Assembly: GCA_965287045.1 (NCBI GenBank) | Contig: OZ336875.1 | Coordinates: forward strand, 51,398,001-51,462,000 | From: Carcharhinus amblyrhynchos | Lineage: Eukaryota | Direction of reading: 5' to 3' | Length of the DNA stretch: 64,000 bases | Shown: piece by piece, positions 36,853-50,515 of the stretch | Numbering within the stretch: the first letter of the stretch is position 1 | Layout: the number at the start of each line of letters is the position of its first letter | The notes under the pieces: generated by a model | Database searches by the model: none | What the model saw: the letters and a program-made list of their open reading frames with translations, nothing else | Told to the model about the DNA's origin: nothing | Made by a program: the position numbers and the translations under genes

Positions 36853-38019
36853 CATTTTGAATGATTCCTGAACGTCCCACTCCAACACCCTACTGTTTAT
36901 TATCTTGGTCCTAAACTTACGTTATACCAATCTATACCTGTCATTTCCTTATCCCACATTTGGGTTGTATTTGAAACTGCCAATGAAATTAATCATTTTT
37001 ATTTTGTTTAGTACCTTATAAAGTTCCATCTCTGTGCCTTTCAGCCTAACGTCAATCTCTATTCTAAACGACTTATGGTTGGCATTTTTAGTAAATAGTT
37101 CTTGATATCTTTATTGGTAAGTTTAAACATATGTCGATCATTGTACACTGATTAACATACAGTGAAGCAAGATGATTAAGAATAAATCAGGAGAGAAAGC
37201 AATTGTGAGAAGAGACATACGCAAACAGTCTGATGAGAGCAAGGGGGCCATAAAAAATAAGGTTTTTGACCTCTATTCTTATGACATTTGTAATATTTAA
37301 CTGGCTGAGAACAAGAACTTCTTTTGACCCCTGCATAAAACATTGCGGTCACTCGCTCTACTTGTACTTTCTGAACTGTGCGAATTGGGGAGAATTCCCC
37401 TGAGGAGGAATCTGAGGACACCATAACTTCAAGTTACAGATGGTTCAAAAATGGGAAAGGTGCCAATTTTATCATGCATAAAAATGATAAACTATCATGT
37501 CAGAACCAGACAGTGTGTGTTCCTTGAACGTCTGATTGTGTCCAGCGTTTTCAGAGCAGTTATTTCATTACTGCACCTCCAAGTAAAAACAGCAATCTGA
37601 CCTACATGGGAGAATCCTGATTCTCAGGGGAATATTGAAAGTGTTTTGTTTTGCTGAATTGCTACATAATGTTAAATATTACAAAGTTGATATCTGTTAT
37701 CCTACGCGTGCCCTCACAATTCTTCCTTCCTTTTTAGTTATTGCTTTAAAATCCCTGGCCCCAACTCATCAATTCTCTCTCACTTTAAATCAACGTTAAT
37801 GTATCTCCATTCTAAACCTAGCCACAATGGCATAGGGAAGGTTTCTTATTTCGCACTCAGAGGAAATGCTGAATGTGTTCTTTATATAAACAATTACAAT
37901 TTCTGTCTAATTCTTCCTTTTCTAATTTAATTCAATGGTTTTGTGATGAATCTCATGCTGTTTGTTTCAAAAATGTCATTTTAATGTGTATTCTAATGGA
38001 AAGGAGCTCAGGAGTCAAT

Positions 38020-38177
38020 GGGCAGGAGTTTCCATCCCCTCCCCCTGGCGTGTTTTGTGGCAATGCAACCTGTGGCCAGCGGCGGGATCTTCTGGTCCTG
38101 CTGTCATTGGGCTTGTTTACCACCTCTGGGGAACCTGCAGCAGGGGTCAGCGTCAACAGGATCGGAAAATCCCACCA
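38020..38177. mobile_element. Harbinger-type MITE
   Basis: GGGCAGGAGTTTCC...GGAAAATCCCACC; interior related to 39330-39515. Confidence 0.7.
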
Positions 38178-38653
38178 ATGGGAACTGCGATTGTCTGCTT
38201 TTGGAGGCATGGATTGAGGTATAAACGGCGACCAAGACACTAGAGTAACTTCCTTGTTCTTCTTCGAAAAGTGCAATGGGATCTGAGAGGGCAGTCAACC
38301 TCAGTTTGACAAAAACAGAAAATGCTGGAAAATCTCAGCAGGTCTGACAGCATCTGTGGGGAGAGATTAGAGCCCAACATTAAACCTTGGTTTCACCCAT
38401 ACTTCTTTCATGAGAATCGCGTAATATTGAGAGTAAAAATAATGATTTCTGATTCCTGTCATGCCCTAGTATATTTTGAACTTCAAACTAATTTTTATAT
38501 TTTATATAACTGAACACAAAAGATTGCAAAAGATGGCAGCTTGAGTATCACCAGACTTTGTGGATTGAAACCACGCCCCGTATCAAGAGGGAACAAAAGG
38601 AATATTCCTGACTGATGTTGGATCAATGCCATCTTCTGAAACTAACTGCGTAA

Positions 38654-38973
38654 AGGTGGCACAGTGGTTAGCACTGCTGCCTCACAGCGCCAGGGACCCA
38701 GGTTCAATTCCGGCTTCAGGACACTGTCTGTGTGGAGTTTGTACATCCTCCCTGTGTCTACCTGGATTTCCTTCAGGAGATCTGTTTTCCTCTCACAGTT
38801 CAAAGATGTGTGTGTTAGGTTGATTGGCTATGCTAAATTGAACCTAGTCTTAGGAGGATTAGCAGGGTAAATACATGGGGTTATGGGAATAGGGCCTAGA
38901 TGGGATTGTAGTCAGTGCAGAGTCAATGAACCAAATGGCCTCCTTCTGCTCTGTAGGAATTCTATGATTCTAT
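38654..38973 (+). mobile_element. HE1-type SINE, tail A
   Basis: Full head through GGAATTCTATGATTCTAT tail. Confidence 0.92.
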
Positions 38974-39329
38974 ATCCAAAGGGATATTAACAAATTGTAT
39001 GAGCCATTCAAACACAAATACACTGGCTGTCTCAAACTCTGAAACATCCAGCACATGATATATAATCAACCTAACTACCCACCTTATGGAAAAGGGCTTT
39101 TGACTTGTAGAAGAGACTACCATATATGCTGCCTGCTTTTTAAATCAACCTTAAACTGCTTGCACTCAGAAAGTTCTATTGAAAGCCTTTGAACTTACTG
39201 GAAGTCATCCAAGCAGCCAGGTTTAATAAACAGCAACATCTTGATAATGGAAGATCCTAACAAAGAACTACTCTGAAGCAATCTCAGAAAGTTTGACTAC
39301 TTAAATCCTTACAGTTACTGAGAATCTTT

Positions 39330-39515
39330 GGGCAGGATTTTCCTGCCCCACACAGTATATTTTCCAGTGGTTTGTCATTGGCCACCAGCAGGGTCTTTCT
39401 GTCTAGAATGTTTTGCGTGGCTTGCCTGTCCCACCATCAGAGAACTCACCACAGGAGGTCACCTTCAGCGGGGCCAGAGGATCCCACTGACAGGAAGTGC
39501 AGAAAAGCACCACCC
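39330..39515. mobile_element. Harbinger-type MITE
   Basis: GGGCAGGATTTTCC 5' TIR with a degraded 3' TIR. Confidence 0.6.
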
Positions 39516-40259
39516 CTTCATCTTATTAGACCTTGGCTTCAAATAAAGTACCTAACTTCATCTAAGAAACAATAGGCCTGCCATGAGTGAGACTGAGAAA
39601 AGTATAAGCTGCGATAGAACACTATCTTCACCTGTGTCTAAGCTTTGTGTGTGTGAGATGAGTGAGTGAAAAATTGTATTAAATTCAGAATAAGCATGTG
39701 ATAGTAAATAACCATTTTATTTTTAAACGTAGAAAAGCTTGCTGTTGAAATTGTTTGATTGAGGCACTCTAAGAGTAAGAAATGAAATTTCTTACATACA
39801 AATATGCTGATTGTGGGCAGTAACAGGAAACACATAAATTCTCTCTGCCATTTCCTTGAGTTGGAATATCAAGTAAGCAGACCGTTCTTGAAATATGGAT
39901 TTTTATACTTAAAACCAAGAAATATAAAACAGAAGAAAAAATGGAACTTATTTACATTTTTCTTCACCACATATCTCTGGCCCATTACCAGTGTCACTAA
40001 AAGCATCTCCTTCAACATGTTCAAATTAAAGGCTTCAGTTTTGGTACTGTCCTTTCAAAAGTTGCCAATCTTTCTATAGTTGCTTTTAGTTTTCTATGGG
40101 AAACAAACAAATAAAAGAGATGCAGATGTTCGGACTATTTAAAACGCTGTACAGTATTCCAAAAAGGAAACAGTGCCACCATTTCCAAATACAATGACCA
40201 TCTAATGGCGCCTATTGCTAGTTGCACTTGTCTTTCATAATATGTTTTTAAAATAGTAA

Positions 40260-40386
40260 GGGTGGGATTTTCCAGCTGCACTCACCCCAAAACTGGATAA
40301 TCCCTCCTGATGTCAATAGACCTTTCCTTGGTCCACCCCTCACCCGCTACAGTTCCAGTGGCAGGTAGGAGGGGAAGATTTGCCCC
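40260..40386. mobile_element. Harbinger-type MITE
   Basis: GGGTGGGATTTTCC...GGAAGATTTGCCCC; interior similar to 24822-24945 and 62359-62483. Confidence 0.7.
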
Positions 40387-41979
40387 ACGTGTGGCAAGTG
40401 GTAAAAGTGTGAGTTGGTGATACCACAATATGAGAAACCAGCCATCTTGTACCTAAGACAACACAACAGGCAATTTTCCATGTCTTTAATCAATGAGATT
40501 GGAAGATTATGAAATTAATAGCAAGGAGACTAAGAGGGAAATATAAATTGGATGGATGAATTCAATGACCAGATCAGGTAAAGATAAATAAAGGGGAAAA
40601 TGACTGGCTTAAGAGCGAGAAGAGACAGACGGGAAATGTTTTTTAAAATATTAAACTTGACATAGTTAAATTCTCCAGCAGCAATTACAACCTAAAGAAA
40701 TGTGATATGTTATGGTTAATTTTCAGTACCAGATAGGTTGTTTGTCAGTAATTAACACTTACCACATTTTTTTACAGCGTACTTAGACTGAAATGACAAG
40801 CCTTCACTTTCTGTGGCAAGTTTAATTTGTATCAACAATCATTAATTCATACTATTATTTCATTCAAAGAAGTTAAGTGACTGTAATTGCTTCCAATGGT
40901 GGCTTTTCTGGTTTTCTAATCATTATTTATTTTCCATGGAATTGTAGTAAGGCAGAAGTAAGGAGAGTCTGAGCTTGTAAACAGCAGGTCCTGACACATT
41001 TTTTCAGTGATAAAGCTGTCTGTTAATCATAAAATAAATCAGAGTGGCAAAAATGCATTCTGAAAGATGAACATCCTGTCTCCAGTATGCCTATCCATTC
41101 CATGAGATCAGGGAAATAAACTGACTGTGCTACATGTTGTTCCCACTTTACAACAGTGACTACATTTCAAAAATACGACTATAGTTGTAAAGTATTTTGG
41201 GGCATCACAAGGACATGAAAGGTGCTATATAAATAACTCTCTTATTCTGCTTAAATGTAGACATGCCTATTTTGGGCTAGATTGTTAAATTGGTTTTAAC
41301 TAAACACTGGGTGAGTTAAGGTCAATTAACATGCTATAGAAATTACGGCCCTGCTATTTCGCCTGCTGCAGTGTTATTCACCACATTCCAACTGGCTACT
41401 AATGTGTCCTTAAATTAGACATGAGATGCGATGGATGATGTGCAAAAAACAGATAATGTAATGGATGCGAAATGGAGCATTTTTCGTGTATCAGACACAT
41501 GCAACTGCATAGTTTTTTCCTCTGGTTATTTCTGTGGGGGTTTGGGTGGGTGGCGTCCTTTCACTCAGTGATCTGCTGTGCTGTAACAGATTATTCAGAA
41601 TCCAGTTCTTGGTGCTTACACCAAAGAGGTTAAGCTGACTGATCTGCAGAACTTCCATAGAAGGTCAAGGCCTTTCTGTGCCAGGAGCAGCAGTGAATTT
41701 CCTGAGGTTATCAAGGCCCCCATGTTTTTTCCTTACATTGCTGCACTAAAACTTCCACAACTTAGCTGGAGAACCAAGCATCACTCTGGACAAATGGAAT
41801 CTGCTTCATAGAAACACTCCATTTTCCACTCCTCTTCCTTAAAGTTGAATTACTTCTGTTTCCTACCATTACCCATTGTTCTTTGGATTTCCTCTAAATC
41901 TGTTCAACTGCTCAGACACTTGAACTAATCCAGGGCTCTTCTTAAAGCTGCTCCATACCTATTGTTTCAACTTGCTATT

Positions 41980-43064
41980 GGGGTCCAACTCACACTAGTT
42001 TTTTGGTGCGTCAAGTTGGAAGATGGACATGTCAGCCATTTTGCGGGATTCACCCATCTTTCCCAATATATTACGTCTCCCACCTTTGGAGAGCAGTTGA
42101 GACCACGCTGGAAATCAGCTGGAAGACCAGATAAGTGATTTTAACCTATTTTAATATAAGTTAAATGTCATTATCAGGCCTGGAACTTAATTCTCTGAGC
42201 CAGGAGTATTTTACTCCGGTGAGGTGTAGCATAGCTCCCACTTTCAGAGAACTAGCCGGAGACCCCTCTAGAGTAAAAGGGGGGAGCAATCAGGGCCCTC
42301 CCCCCCAGGGGTTAGGCGGCGGGGGTGGTTTCCCTGAGCATGGGCATTCTGGCAGTGCCAGCCTGTGCCCTTCACACTGCCCAAGGGGGCAAAGTGCCCA
42401 TGCCCAGGAGAACAGAGCCTGAGGGGGCAGGGCCAAGGGGAAGTGCCTATTATGGGTAGGGCTTAGGGTCAATCGGTGGGGGTCTGCCATTCTGCATGGG
42501 GATCAGTCGGGTTGGAGGGAGACCAGCAATCAGGACAGACTGAGATGGGGGTGGGACTGTTAGAGAGGGGTCTGCCTCCAGTGGGGGTGAGGGGGCTGGG
42601 GTGGGGGGGTATGGGGGATCTACTGGAGTGGGGTGTCTGCCAGGGTGGAGGATGATCATCACTGCTGGGGGGCGGGGCGGGGGGGGTCACTGCTGGAGAT
42701 CGGGGCACTCTGGGAAGTGGTGGGGGAGAAGATCAGGATTGGCCTGAGAATGGCTGTGGGGGCTGCAACAAAGGGTTGGGGAGCAGTACTGCGGGATCCC
42801 AGGCTGGCCAGTGATCAAGCTGGCCAGCAAACTGCAGGTTGATAGTCCAGGGCCACTGCGCATACGCAGAGGCTCAGAACTGTCAGATTCAAATGTGAAT
42901 AGGCCCTGTTCCCCAAAGTTTTTAATGATATTCATGATTATGACTTCTGCAGTGCAAACTGTGGGAGATTCGAGTCTGAATTCCCACTGAAAAAACAATC
43001 CGAAATTATACCATTTTTCCCACAAATTCAGCACTTAGAACTTTTTTGGGGAGAATTGGACCCC
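41980..43064. mobile_element. Non-autonomous TIR element with G-rich interior
   Basis: GGGGTCCAA at 41980 and TTGGACCCC ending 43064; no transposase ORF. Confidence 0.7.
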
Positions 43065-44940
43065 AAATTATTTGCCCAAGGATGTTGCATCCAGTGCTGC
43101 TCGTATAGAAATTATTTTGTTCACCCTCCCACTCCAACCCTAACCCTAGCCCTAACCCATTTGGAAGTGATTGATGATCAGGAGAGCTTTACCATGCAGT
43201 TAAATTGGTGTCTACTGTACTTCTGTATGATCCATTCAAGTTATTGTCTATTATAATTGCAGATGCAAACAAATACATGCCTGTGGTTGACAGCAATGTC
43301 AACCCCACTGGAGTGAACCACACAAGTGGTTATGGTCTTGCATGTAAACATGCAACCTATTGCAACAGCAGTGACGGTCCATCCAGTGCCTCTTTAGGTT
43401 TTGGATGCCTTCTATGCCATGAGTAAAGAAATGTGGTTAAACTCCACGACCCAGACATTCCACATGATGGAGAGGCTCTGGGCGAAAATCCCGAAAATGA
43501 TGAAATATTCTTGCTTTTCAGAGTACAGTTCGCAAAGACAGCTGGCCATTTAAGTCACCAGCTGCCTCCACTGAAGTGAGATTTAGTAGACCAGCAGTGT
43601 GAACATCTAAATGTGCAAATTAAACAGGGTAGGAGGTGCCCTCAGCTTATTTTGTTTGATAATCAGGGTACCACTTTGAGAGATTAGCTATCCTTTTGGA
43701 TATGGTCCAAGGACACTTTTGGAAGGTAAGGAATCCTTTAGGATTGATAAAAGTAAACATGATTGGATGTAAAAAGTGCATAAACCCACTGGAACTCTTC
43801 AGTCAAAGAACTCTGAAGGAACTGCCCAGATATCAAAAAAACTGTCAAAACTGTCAAGGTATTTTCAAAGCCATTAAGGAACTGTCAAAACATATTAGGT
43901 GAGTGAGCATGGATGGGCTAAGGGAAATGTTTGGTGGGATCCGTACATGGGTTGGGATGAGTTGTCAATAATTTGACTTAGGGGCTGTAAAAACTCATGA
44001 TGTTGTGAGAGTCAGTGTATGAGGGGCTATGGAGTGCAATTGTCATAGATGTGGTGAGGAGGTTGGGTTAAATGAGAGGTGAGAGCAGGAAGGCTGTTTT
44101 TTTTAATTTCTTTAACTTCGATTGAACATAGTGCTAGAGCACAGAGGTAGGCCGACTGCACCAGCCCACCTCCATACCCCCGCACATGCTTTGGGATGGC
44201 GGGCCTAATTTTTAATCCATCACCCCCAGAATAAAACTCAGAACCTTAGGCAGCCGCTTTTTAAAAGATTGCGTTCCCAACCGAGCCCTCAGTCTTCCAT
44301 CTCTGCACACCCAACCCAAAGATCAAAGATCTGTGCCCTAGACTATTATATAATCCAGGTCAAAGCTGTCCAATTTGCAGGTGATATTTCTTTGTACTGA
44401 ATGTACACAGTAGTCCATCTTAACACTAAAGGGAAATACCATAGGGTAATTATGTGAAAACAGGAAGCGTGAACAAGAATTGATAACAAGAGGAACAAAA
44501 GCGTCTATTGATGCCTCTGCACCTATTTATGTAGCTATCCACTAAGCTTCCTGGGAAACACATAAAACATCCCAAATCAGACTCTCCCTGCAAAAATCTA
44601 AAATACAATTAATTTTACATCACAATGCATGAACTAAGAGGCATTCTCAACATCTATTCTGGGCTGGATCAGTGAAGTATTGTGACACATTAAAGCCCCA
44701 ATTAATACAAATGTTAGTACTCTTGATGTATAGTGCAGAAGTGTTCATTGTGCTTTATCCTAGTATTGCCGTTCGTGATTGTACGGAGGCTGTCTTTTAT
44801 TTCCGAATGATCTTTCCAAATGTTCTTGCATTCAAATGGAGAAAGTGAGATAGCTAGGTGTTAGCTGGTACTTCATGCGTCTGGAAATCCAAGGTCCATT
44901 ATCTCCTTAAGCTGAGTCAGTCAATGCCTTTAGATCAATA

Positions 44941-45235
44941 TGAATTCTACAGTGCAGAAGGGAGCCATTTGGCCCATCGATTTTGCACCAACCATAATTC
45001 CACCCATGTACTTACCTTAGTTAGTCCCCCTGACACTAAGGAGCAATTTAACATGGCCGATCCCACCAAACCCGCATATCTTAGGACTGTGGGAGGAAAC
45101 CGGAGCACCCGGAGGAAACCCATGCAGATATGGGGAGAATGTGCAAACTCCACACAGACAGTGACCCAAGCTGTGAATCGAACCTGGGTTCCTGGCACAG
45201 TGAGGCAGCAGTGTAATCACTGCACCACCATGCCA
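44941..45235 (-). mobile_element. HE1-type SINE, tail A
   Basis: Head, central block and CR1-like tail. Confidence 0.9.
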
Positions 45236-45746
45236 GCATTTGCATTGCAGTTTTTGAGGGAGTGGGTGGCTGCAAGTGTAACATCTGTAACACAATTACT
45301 GGCATTTAAGTCGGGCATTTTGCTATCATGAGTATCATTGCAACAAAAAGTATTTCCATTAATTTTGTCATTCCCCTGCTACAAGGTACTTTATCAACAT
45401 GGTGGAGATTTCGATGGCCACAGGCCTCTGGGTTGAAGCCCTGTACTATGAGTGCTTCAATCTGATTCCCTCAACAAAATGAATTCAGTGGAGACAGACT
45501 GTTGGAGTTTACAGTTCAAGGTCTCCATTGCAGCAGTGAAGGAAGCTAAACCTGGGTATTTAATCCTACCCGCATGATGTTCCACTGTATGGGGGCTGGA
45601 ATGTCTATGCTCTCCATTTGCAGATTGTTGAAAATTGCAGTCTTCCCAGAGTCCATGAAGCACTAATACACTGCTACCAATTATAAATGAATTATATTTT
45701 AGGATTTCCTTGTTGGTTCAGTGCATTATACGATTCATCAATCATA

Positions 45747-46040
45747 GGTGGCACAGTGGCATAACGGTCAGCATTGCTGCCTCACAGCGTCAGAGACTCG
45801 GGTTCGATTCCCGGCTTGGCTCACTGTCTGTGTGGAGTCTGCACATTCTCCATGTGTTTACGTGTGTTTCCACTGGGTGCTTTGGTTTCCTTCCACAGTC
45901 TGAAAGAAGTGCTAGTTAGGTGCATTGGCCATGCTAAATTCTCCCTCAATGTACCCAACAGGCACCAGTGTGTGGTGACTCGGAGATTTTCACAGTAACT
46001 TCATTGCAGAGTTAATGTAAGCCTACTTGTGACATAAATT
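45747..46040 (+). mobile_element. HE1-type SINE, tail B
   Basis: Head with GGTTCGATTCCC B-box; tail GATTTTCACAGTAACTTCATTGC...CTACTTGTGACA. Confidence 0.9.
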
Positions 46041-47046
46041 AAAAGTACAATTATAGTGGAGGGTAGTAAAGATGCAGTGCAAGTGAAACTATTCAAATGT
46101 CATAATTAGACTAGCAAGGCATTACACATCCTTATGCCTGCCAGGGTGTAGCATGATGTAGTTCTGACCTGCATTCAGTTTCCAATCAAGGGAGTAGCCA
46201 TGATGATTTATTTATTGTCAGTTATTGTATTACATCATAATATTGTATTATGTTATTATATTAAACAATATGTCTAGACATGTGGTCTATCTGAGTAGAT
46301 GGTCCCAACTAAACTCCAATTTAGTTGCTGAGACACTGCTGAGGCTTAAGAACTGTTGATAAATTATGTTGCACAATGTGCAAGTGAGCTTTCATTGTTG
46401 AATGTAATAAAATAAAGGGATATAAATCCATGAACTGATTTATTGTTTGCAATATTTGCAGAATAAAATAAAACGTATGAGCAGACCACCTACATGGACC
46501 ACATGTGAAGACAGATTGTCCAATCTCAGTCTGGACAGTAAGTGAATGGTGGCTCCCTTATGATTGCAAACAGCCAAGGGAGGGAGGGAAACCGGCGTCA
46601 AATTGACCTTGGCTGTTCTCTCACTTGTCTCCTGGGACCCCATTACAGAGAACCACTGGCAGAGGCCTGGGAGCAGGCATATTGCCCATGCTCTCAACTT
46701 GGAGGAGAAATAACTATATATTCTTCTTGACAGTAAGTTAAAAAATAACTATTTATAACCATTTTATCCTATTCAGTAGATATCCCAAATGACAAAATAA
46801 TTTAAAAGATTTCAGCACCTCTGCATTTTTCACATTCAACAATGAAACCTTTAAATCTGAATAGAATATGCAACATAATTCACCAGTATTTTTTAACCCT
46901 CAATAGGCCAGTACCTCATCACTAGAATGAGGGTGAGTTGTGTCTTGGAGATCATAGCCAGGGTACATGGTATGAGCTGGCGAAGATAATAAATGGAGAG
47001 GTGGTGGCATAGATAGACTGACTACTCTATAGCCTGATAATAAATA

Positions 47047-47390
47047 GGGAGGTGTGGCGTGGTGATATTTTTCATGGAACTAGTAATCCAGAGACCCAGG
47101 TTGATGCTCTGGGAACCCAGGTTTGAATCCATGGCAGCTGGTGAAATTTGATTTCAATAACAAAAAACCTGGAATTAAAAGTCTAATGATAACTATGAAA
47201 CCATTGTCGATTGTCGTAAAAACCTCTCTGATTGATTAATGTCCTTTAGGGAAAGAAATCTACTACCCTTACCTGGTCTAGCCTACATGTGACTCCAGAT
47301 CCACATCAATGTGGTTCATTCTTAATTGCCCTCAGGGATGGGCAATAAATGCTGGCCAGCAATACACACATCCCATGAATGAATATTTAA
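47047..47390 (+). mobile_element. tRNA-derived SINE with Crack-like LINE tail
   Basis: B-box GGTTTGAATCC; tail GGGATGGGCAATAAATGCTGGCC...ATCCCATGAATGAAT matches the LINE ends at about 32350-32400 and 32695-32748. Confidence 0.8.
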
Positions 47391-48011
47391 AAAATGAATG
47401 AATTGGATCTGAAATGAATCATTGGTGCTGGGCTGTGGGTAATGTCATAAAGGTAATAGCTATGGAAATGGTTTGCAATGTCCCCACTTTTGGATAGATC
47501 TCTTATAGTGTGTCACATACAAACAGAACAAAACAAATCCTATAATATTTTTAAAGGTTACCCAAAGAACAATTCAAAGGGTCATCATTCAACAGACAAT
47601 CAGCATTCAAACTGGCTTCAAAGAGAATCTATGTTTCTTTAATAACATTTAAAATAGCTGTAGTAATCACAGTTATATACAAGTAAGTGCTTCACCACTT
47701 AAGCTGGCATAGTCATCCATTGTACTGTTTAGGTCGATGAATTCTGAGCTCAATTTTCCTAACACAGAGGTCCTGACTTCAGTCATGCCACAATTCTGAT
47801 TACCTATCCTATAATTTTCTCCCCACATTTCCCATGTCAGAATGCTGTATGTTTGTCTTTGCAGGAAAGATGAACTGAAGGTCTGATCTTGGTCATGCAC
47901 CAACTGTAATCTATAGGCAGACACAATGCTAAGCACTTCCCTGCAAGGTTAAGAGGTGGAGGTGGAAGGAAACAATGAGCCCCTCCTACAAGCAGCTTCT
48001 TCACCAGCTTT

Positions 48012-48312
48012 ATAGAATCATAGAATCCCTACAATGCGGAAGGAAGGCATTTGGCCCATCGTGCCTGCACTGACAACAATCCCACCCAGACCCCATCCCC
48101 GTAACCCCACTGCTAATCCCCGTGACACTAAGGGGCATCATACCATGGCCAATCAACTTGATACACACATCTTTGCAGTGTGGGAGGAAACCAGTGTGCT
48201 GGAGGAAACCCACGCAGAAACAGGGCGAATGTGCAAATTCTGCACAGTCACCCAAGGCTGGAATTGAACCCAGGTCCCTGTGAGGCAACAGTGCTAATCA
48301 CTATGCCACCCT
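48012..48312 (-). mobile_element. HE1-type SINE, tail A
   Basis: TAGAATCATAGAATCCCTAC tail through the head. Confidence 0.9.
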
Positions 48313-49179
48313 GTCACTTTCTTAGCTAATGTAGACATGGAAAGAAGGGAACATGTAAAATAACCTGGGAAAAGATGAAAAGATATACCTACATCAATAT
48401 GTAGGTATATCTACATATACCTTATACCTTGTTGCTACAGTACCTAGTTGCTTTTTACTCCACAGGTCAAGAAAATGTTACATGATTTTCTGTTCTAACT
48501 GGAATGTATAGTTGTGTTTGTAAAACAACATACCAGCTCTACTATCTGTAAGTACAAATCACCTGGGAACTTGCTATCAGTTTCTTCTTATCACGAGTAG
48601 TTAAGTAATAAAGTGAACTTCAAAGCGTCTCATTGAAAGCTTATACCTACAGGTGAAGTGCAATAATATTGACAACAGGTGCCACAGATGCATTGAGGTT
48701 GAGATTATCAGCGCACCAGTTGACTAAAATGGAGGTTATAATACATAAATATGAGGCTCTGATTCTTCCAGTATGGAGGATTTGTGGGACTCTTCCCTAT
48801 TGGTAGCACCAGCAATTTGAGAATTCATTACATTCCTTCACAGCCCTGGTAGGAAAGTCTTAAAGTCAGGTTTCCAGCACTTTTTCACATTTGAAGAGTA
48901 AGTGTTGGGAAGGTGAGAACAACGATAACATTGGGAAAAGAAAATGAACTGTGGAATGTAAGATAGAAGCATATCCCTGGGTTAACAATTTCAACCTCAA
49001 AACTCTGTCCATGCATTGAATTACTCTGCAGTGCAGTCAACATGTAGACAATCGCGTGAGAACTTTAGAAATAACAAGATTTCACAGAGAGGAAATCAGA
49101 TTGATCATCAGTTTACTTTTAGCTGTGACTTTGAAGGAAGAATGCAGACCTTGACTCCAAGACAGCATTTGGCTCTGTG

Positions 49180-49401
49180 TCAGTTTCCTCTGGGTGCCCC
49201 AGTTTCCTCCCACAGTCCAAAAATGTGTGGATTAGGTTGATTGGCCATGCTAAATTGTTCCTTAGTATAAATGGGATGTCAGGGGGATTAGTGGGATAAA
49301 TATGTGGGGTTACGGGAATAGGGCCAGGATAGGGTTGGTGCAGACTCGATGGGCTGAATGGCCTCAGTCTGCACTGTAGGTATTCTCTGACGCTATGATT
49401 C
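49180..49401 (+). mobile_element. HE1-type SINE 3' part, tail A
   Basis: GTTTCCTCCCACAGTCCAAAAATGTG...GGGCTGAATGGCCTC. Confidence 0.85.
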
Positions 49402-49642
49402 AAAAACTACCAACATCTCCATTACAACCACCGGAAGAATGGAGCCTCGGTTTAACATGTTATGCAAGGAACAATACCTCTGATGGTGCTATTTGTTATC
49501 CTCCAAAAAGCCAGGTGATGAAGGGTAGAACTGGAGCCAATCTTTACACACTTTTATAAGCATTTATATACATTACCAATCCCAACCACCATATTTTCAG
49601 TCTATTCCTGGTGCCATAACCAATATAACAGACACTTCCTTA

Positions 49643-49771
49643 NNNNNNNNNNNNNNNNNNNNNNNNNNNNNNNNNNNNNNNNNNNNNNNNNNNNNNNNNN
49701 NNNNNNNNNNNNNNNNNNNNNNNNNNNNNNNNNNNNNNNNNNNNNNNNNNNNNNNNNNNNNNNNNNNNNNN
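49643..49771. other. Assembly gap
   Basis: Run of N. Confidence 1.
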
Positions 49772-50211
49772 TCAATTTTAAAGTAACCCAGCAGACAAGC
49801 TTTATACTTCAACAAGATAAATGATAATTTATTACAAAACTATTGTTGAAAGTTATTTAAGTAAAAGTGATAAAATTATTAAGTACAGTGACAACAGTTA
49901 AAATGCCAATCAGGGAAAAAAGGGTAGTTCAAGATGAAATTTCACATCAGTCTTTGTAAAATATCCATGCAGGCCCATTGCTCGATCTCTTTCTTTCTGA
50001 AGTACAGGCATTGAAACTTGAGGTTCAGTTTAGCAATGATGATTCATACAGTTGATCTGTGTTTGCCCTTTACAGATATATTCAGCAGGTTTTTGGAAGA
50101 GACAGAGGTTTCCTGTCACTCTCTAATTCTGCAGTTACGGCACTTGTAGACTGCCTGGAATCTTTCAGCAGAACAGCAGTTGTTTTCTTAATTTACCTTG
50201 TTTGTCTTCCT

Positions 50212-50515
50212 GGGGCAGCACGGTGGCACTGCTGCTTCACAGCACCAGGGACCCGGGTTTGATTCCTGCCTTGGGCCACTGTCTGTGCAGAGTCTGCATG
50301 TTCTCCCCATGTCCGCATGTGTTTCCTCCAGGTGCTCTGGTTTCTTCTGAAAGATGTGCTGGTTAGATACATTGCCCTTGCTAAATTCCCCCTCAGCGTA
50401 CCCTAACAGGCGCTGGAGTGTGGTGACTAGGGGATTTTCACAGTAACTTCATTGCGGTGTTAATGTAAGCCTACTTGTGACACTAGTAAGTAAACTTAGA
50501 AACTTAAATAAACTT
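50212..50515 (+). mobile_element. HE1-type SINE, tail B
   Basis: GGGGCAGCACGGTGGCAC head and tail B. Confidence 0.9.

Noticed and set aside
38654-38725. tRNA-like A/B boxes in SINE heads
   Set aside because: They run directly into SINE body and tail; not tRNA genes.
43135-43158. CCCTAA-like telomeric repeats
   Set aside because: Only 3-4 imperfect units; too short to call an interstitial telomere.
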